A DNA stretch of 61,647 nt, counting the filler. It is 13 parts of 13 records of this genome, joined end to end, with 100 filler letters (N's around TTAATTAATTAA, not from the genome) between each part and the next. Parts side by side here need not be neighbours in the genome. Positions count along the whole stretch, not along the records: positions 54,672 to 61,647 come from SRR15195285_2623; 12 more parts are not named here. One strand, 5' to 3'. How positions within the stretch are numbered: position 1 is the stretch's first letter; each line of letters begins with the position of its first letter. The notes beneath the pieces were generated by a model. The model searched no databases. It saw only the letters and a list, made by a program, of their open reading frames with translations, and was not told the DNA's origin. Of this stretch, positions 57,504 to 61,647 are shown piece by piece. The translations under genes were made by a program, and so were the position numbers.

Positions 57504-60500
57504 TCAGCACGTGCTACCTGGCCCGACCTTCGATTGTCGTAGGATGACCACACCGTTTGTTGAAGCTACGCTCGTCCAGGCATCGCGACCAAAAAACGAA
57601 AAGCGGACACGTTCGACACCGGTCTATAGAATTGCAGTCAACCAAGCGCACTTGATTCTTCAATACGCCATTTCTCACAGGCCAATTTAGAAGTTCAAAT
57701 GCGCATTGAAAAGATTTTACCTGTGGATGCATCACACTCTCCGTTACAACCAGCTCTTCACCAGTCTCCATTTCACCCAACTTCTCTGAGTCCAGTTTCC
57801 AGCTACTGCGTACCACTGCACGCTCAACAACCAACTGGCAGACCATCGCACATTGCAGCTATATCAATGCAGGCACGATTGTATAAGCAAACTGAGTGCA
57901 GAGCATTCGCTGTGAAAGAGGAAGGATCAAACATTCGTACGTAGTGTCGAGGCCATGCTCGGGGTGGCATCTCTTTTGTGCCAGCAACACCTGACCCAGT
58001 AGCACCACGGGCTGCGCTCCTCTCTTGCTCTTCAGCTGCCGCAATTTGCCATTCCTGTTCTAGCGTAGCCATTTTGTCTGCCGCCACTGCTTTTGCTCGG
58101 CCAAAAAGTCCTTTCGCACCACCACCCACGCGCTTCGAAAATCTACTCGCCTTCGCAAGCATTTCATCTGCGTGTTCCTCAATTTTGTCAGCTGCGTGGA
58201 CTAGCTTTGTGTCAACAGCACTCTCGAGAGTGTTCAAGCTCTTGTCCAGTCCATCAAGTGTCGTATCTACGGTTTTCTCAAGGTCCTCAAGTTTCTCCTT
58301 TACAGACACCGGATTGAGTTGACGCTCCAGCGCTCGTGCCCCGCGCTCCAAACGATTCTGCAGCCGAGCACCACTCCGAGGCCCGATGGCGCTGAGACTC
58401 TCCTGCTCCAGTCTGAAACGCACTGTCGCACGTTTGCGCATTAGTGCGGCGTTGTGAAATGATTCGAAATCCGCTCGCTCGAAGATCCAATCAACTGGAG
58501 ATCGCCCAGCACCAGAGCTTGACGGCTTCACATCCGTGAGCATACCGTTGCACATCTTTAAGGTGTTGACTACATCATGTAGGTCAGCGTAAGGGTCAGT
58601 CGCGGTCTGTAGCAATCGATCAGAAGCTGCCTGAAATGCAGCCAGGGCAACTGCGAATACAACCCCACAGCCGTCGAGCATCATGATATCCCACGTTCGG
58701 ACACATGCAATGGTTGGGAATACGTCGACATAAAGGCAAAGAAACCATTGCGCCGATAGCAACGACACTGAGACGCCCATCTCCTGCAGACGTCTTGCGA
58801 GCGTGGGGCATCCCCGCTGCATCTGACACCCGCCTGGGAGTGTCCCCGAGCTTCCTTCGCTCGCACATGCCTCTTCAAGCACTATGGAGTCAATGGAAGC
58901 TCCAGCCATGTCCAGGGTGTAGCTTTCCGAGAAGTAGTCTTCACAGATGACACTAAGAAGCCAGTACGCCTCCTCTTCTCCCATGAACAGCAGCATCATA
59001 GCGCAGACGAAATTCATACCTTGGCAGTAGCCGACAGATGGGTTGCGCTTGGAGTATGCCAGCAGAACTCGCCTCAATGACGGGATCAATCCTGCGCCAG
59101 CAGCGTCTACATGAAATGCAGGGTGGTCCGGGAATGTTCGCCTGAGGTCCGTCTCAATATCACGTAGCGCCAGGCATCGCATGGCCTCCGAATTTACAGT
59201 TGAATACTCTTCAGCCTCGTCTGTTAGCGTGCCGCCATGATGGGATTTGTAATCAGAGGCCTCCATCAGTAAATCAGCGGCTGCACTGATTGCCTTCTCA
59301 ACAAAAAGAGCCTCTGCATCCTCTTCGCCTTGTCGACGCCGTACCATATCGTCATCATCACGGGATGGTGCTCCATGTACTGAGCTGTACGTGGTGCCGT
59401 GAGGCGGAAGTTCTTCGGATGGCAGTGGCGCAACATCATTGGATGCTCGAAAGTGCCAGTAAGTCACACAGCCTTCATGGCGCTCGCTAATCAGCTTTTG
59501 CGCATCATGTAGTGCAGATCTCACAGCATCATCATTGTGCAAAGCGTCTACGGCAACAATCAAGACAGAATTGAAAAGGAACATGAACAAGGTGACCAAA
59601 CAGGAGAAATTGTGCGCACCAAATGCAACAACATCTTTGACACTGTCCGAGGATATGGACAGCAGTAAATCACCAACAGCCACCCCTACCGCCAAGCGCA
59701 ATTCTCGTCTCAGTTATGTTCAGGTGGATATGAGCAACTAGTGAAAGCAAAGATGGGCATGATGCCACAACTTCTCACCAGCATGATCTGCTGGGCTGTC
59801 TGTGGAGACTGACGACACCAATACTTCAATCTCCTCAGTGTCACTGGGACGGAACTGCATGCCGAAGTCACTACTCGACAATTGTTCACTGTCTTCGGAC
59901 CGGTCAGTTGCATCGTTATCCTGTCGAATCATCGCTGCAGTGTACGTACCGACAGGACCACTGGCCACTCCATATAGCCTCGCGCCACCGTGAACGGTGG
60001 CACGTGTCTTCGCGCGAAGCCGCGCTGCGCCACCATTGGCGTACCACGCAATCTCTTCCCGTGCCTCGGCAAGCTTGGCCCGGTACTCAGAAGAATCATT
60101 CGTACCGCCGGTGTAACTACTACCGGCTGCGACTTGCCCCGTGCTGCCACTCGCAAGTGCCTTGTCACGTGCACCGGAAAGCACGTACCACGCGTAACCT
60201 CGATGCGGACTGGGCACGCCTGCGCAACAGATGCGTCGCAGTTCCCTGCGATGCTCGCGCTGTTGAGCGCCATCAGCCCCGGACTTCTCTGCCTGAGTGG
60301 CTCGACGAAGCGCACGCTGCCACTGCATGCTCTTGCGGTGATGCCGGCCCACCGTCTCGCTTTCAGTCTGTGCACCAGTGGGCGTGGGAGCTGGGTTGCA
60401 CAACTCGACTGAAAACCCCCAGTCGTCTCGTCTGCTGTGCTTCGTTTCCGGGTCGGGTAAGATTTCGCAATCAGTGGGCCTCACAGAGACGGATGCAGAG

Positions 60501-61373
60501 GCACGCAACACGTGTGAAAGATCATCTAAGGGCATCACTGTCGATACAAACAGCGGTAAAGGCTCTAACGCCACAATGTGTGTGCCACCGCGGTGGTATG
60601 TAACGGTCGCGCCGGCATCGTCCGGGTGAATGGAATTGTCCGCATCGTGTGACGTGAACCACAAGGTCAACTCCAACTCTGGTGGACTTCGACCCTTCCA
60701 AAACGAAAGCAGAACGCTTTCAGCAATAGTGAATAGTGAGTCAGAGGCATCCATTCCATCCGCAGCGAGCGGCGGCAACTGCCACGACTGCAGCTCTACT
60801 GTCTGCCGTGGCTCGTTGAGCTGCAGTACAATCTTGCACCAACTTCCAGGGCCTAAGACTGCTTCACCAGAGGCACTTCTCGTTAGCGTGTCACAGGTTG
60901 GACGGTGACAAAGGCTAACGCCGAGGAGAACAGTGTGCCGCTTGACTGGCGAAGCGTAACCAAGCACGTTGGCTTCAGCGCCGTCTACAGGTGTCGCCAC
61001 AGCGCCCGGAGCGCTCGCCTCGCCCGCAGCCTCGGAGGTTTCTAAGGCAACAGTTTGGCGCTCTGGGCACACGCTGCTGGCGTTCTGTGCCTGTGCTATG
61101 CCCGACGTGGATGTATTGCTGCCGAGAAACACGGCAGTGCACGTGCTGCTCTCCACTGCGCCAGCTGCAGAGGCTTGTCCGAAGAAGTCGTCAAGGGAGC
61201 CCGACAATGCTTTCGCCGCTGTGTCATCAGAAGCAGGCGCTGGAGCAGCTATCGCATCTGCCGCCACCGGCAGCGGCACTTGAGCCGGAACACGGGCGGG
61301 CGCAACCTCCTGCTCCACCTGGCTTGCCACAGCATCGAGCTCGGCGAAGAAATCGTCGATTTCGTCGGGCATG
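57504..61373 (-). CDS. TBC-domain Rab GTPase-activating protein with C-terminal SH3-like domain, multi-exon
   Basis: LRRICCAGVPSPHRGYAWYVLSGA; IETDLRRTFP; LRRVLLAYSKRNPSVGYCQGMNF; WFLCLY. Introns 57859-57940 and 57624-57720 give the terminal exon TGVERVRFSFFGRDAWTSVASTNGVVIL. Confidence 0.9.
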
Positions 61374-61647
61374 ATGCGTGCAGTGAGTGCGCCGGCGCCG
61401 GCCACGGCTGTGCACCAGCAAGTTCGCTACGCCTCAGTGCAGGCAGGCAGAGGATCTCTCTCTCTCTCTCTCTCTCAACCCTCTTTATCTCTGTCCAGGG
61501 GCTCTGTGTCTGGTGGGCTCTTCGTGCACGTGCAGTTGCAGAACTTCACAGACGGCTGCGAGGACGACGCGACACCGGCGCCCCGCCCCGCGCGCCCGGC
61601 GCGATCGCCCGATCGACGGAGTGCTACGCCCGAGGTGAGGCGCCAGA

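Noticed and set aside
2909-57720. Three introns of exactly 97 nt (2909-3005, 49969-50065, 57624-57720) as an introner family
   Set aside because: No sequence similarity is visible among them, and the length lies within the common intron size range here.

Overview
This is eukaryotic genomic DNA (GC-rich, short GT-AG introns of about 45-350 nt, probably a protist MAG). It consists of 13 contigs joined by artificial 100-nt spacers (N44-TTAATTAATTAA-N44), so adjacency across spacers has no biological meaning. Recognisable genes: a CNBD-family K+ channel with an RRM-like N-terminus and EF-hands, a MICU-like mitochondrial Ca2+ uptake regulator, a tandem PhyH-type Fe/2OG enzyme, a multi-pass membrane TIR protein, an NF-X1-repeat/RING/Rcat ligase, a UPF1/DNA2-type helicase C-terminus, a GH3 glycosidase, a large Ig-repeat surface protein, a double-LOTUS protein, an LRR-like protein, an IQ/ARM protein, a secreted glycosidase-like protein, a four-domain EEEE Cav channel, an EcKinase-like kinase and a TBC Rab-GAP. 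The most striking candidate for a new system is a MIT-Tudor-Hint(Vint-type)-RBR protein (36563-39002, minus strand), a putative self-cleaving E3 ligase with a +1 frame break after the MIT domain. Also notable are a PHTF-like-TIR receptor, a degenerate PARP-like fold inside the NF-X1 ligase, an inverted pair of TA-flanked MITEs, and stacks of TA-anchored palindromes upstream of genes that resemble accumulated transposon excision footprints. All domain calls come from motif recognition by eye; no database searches were run.
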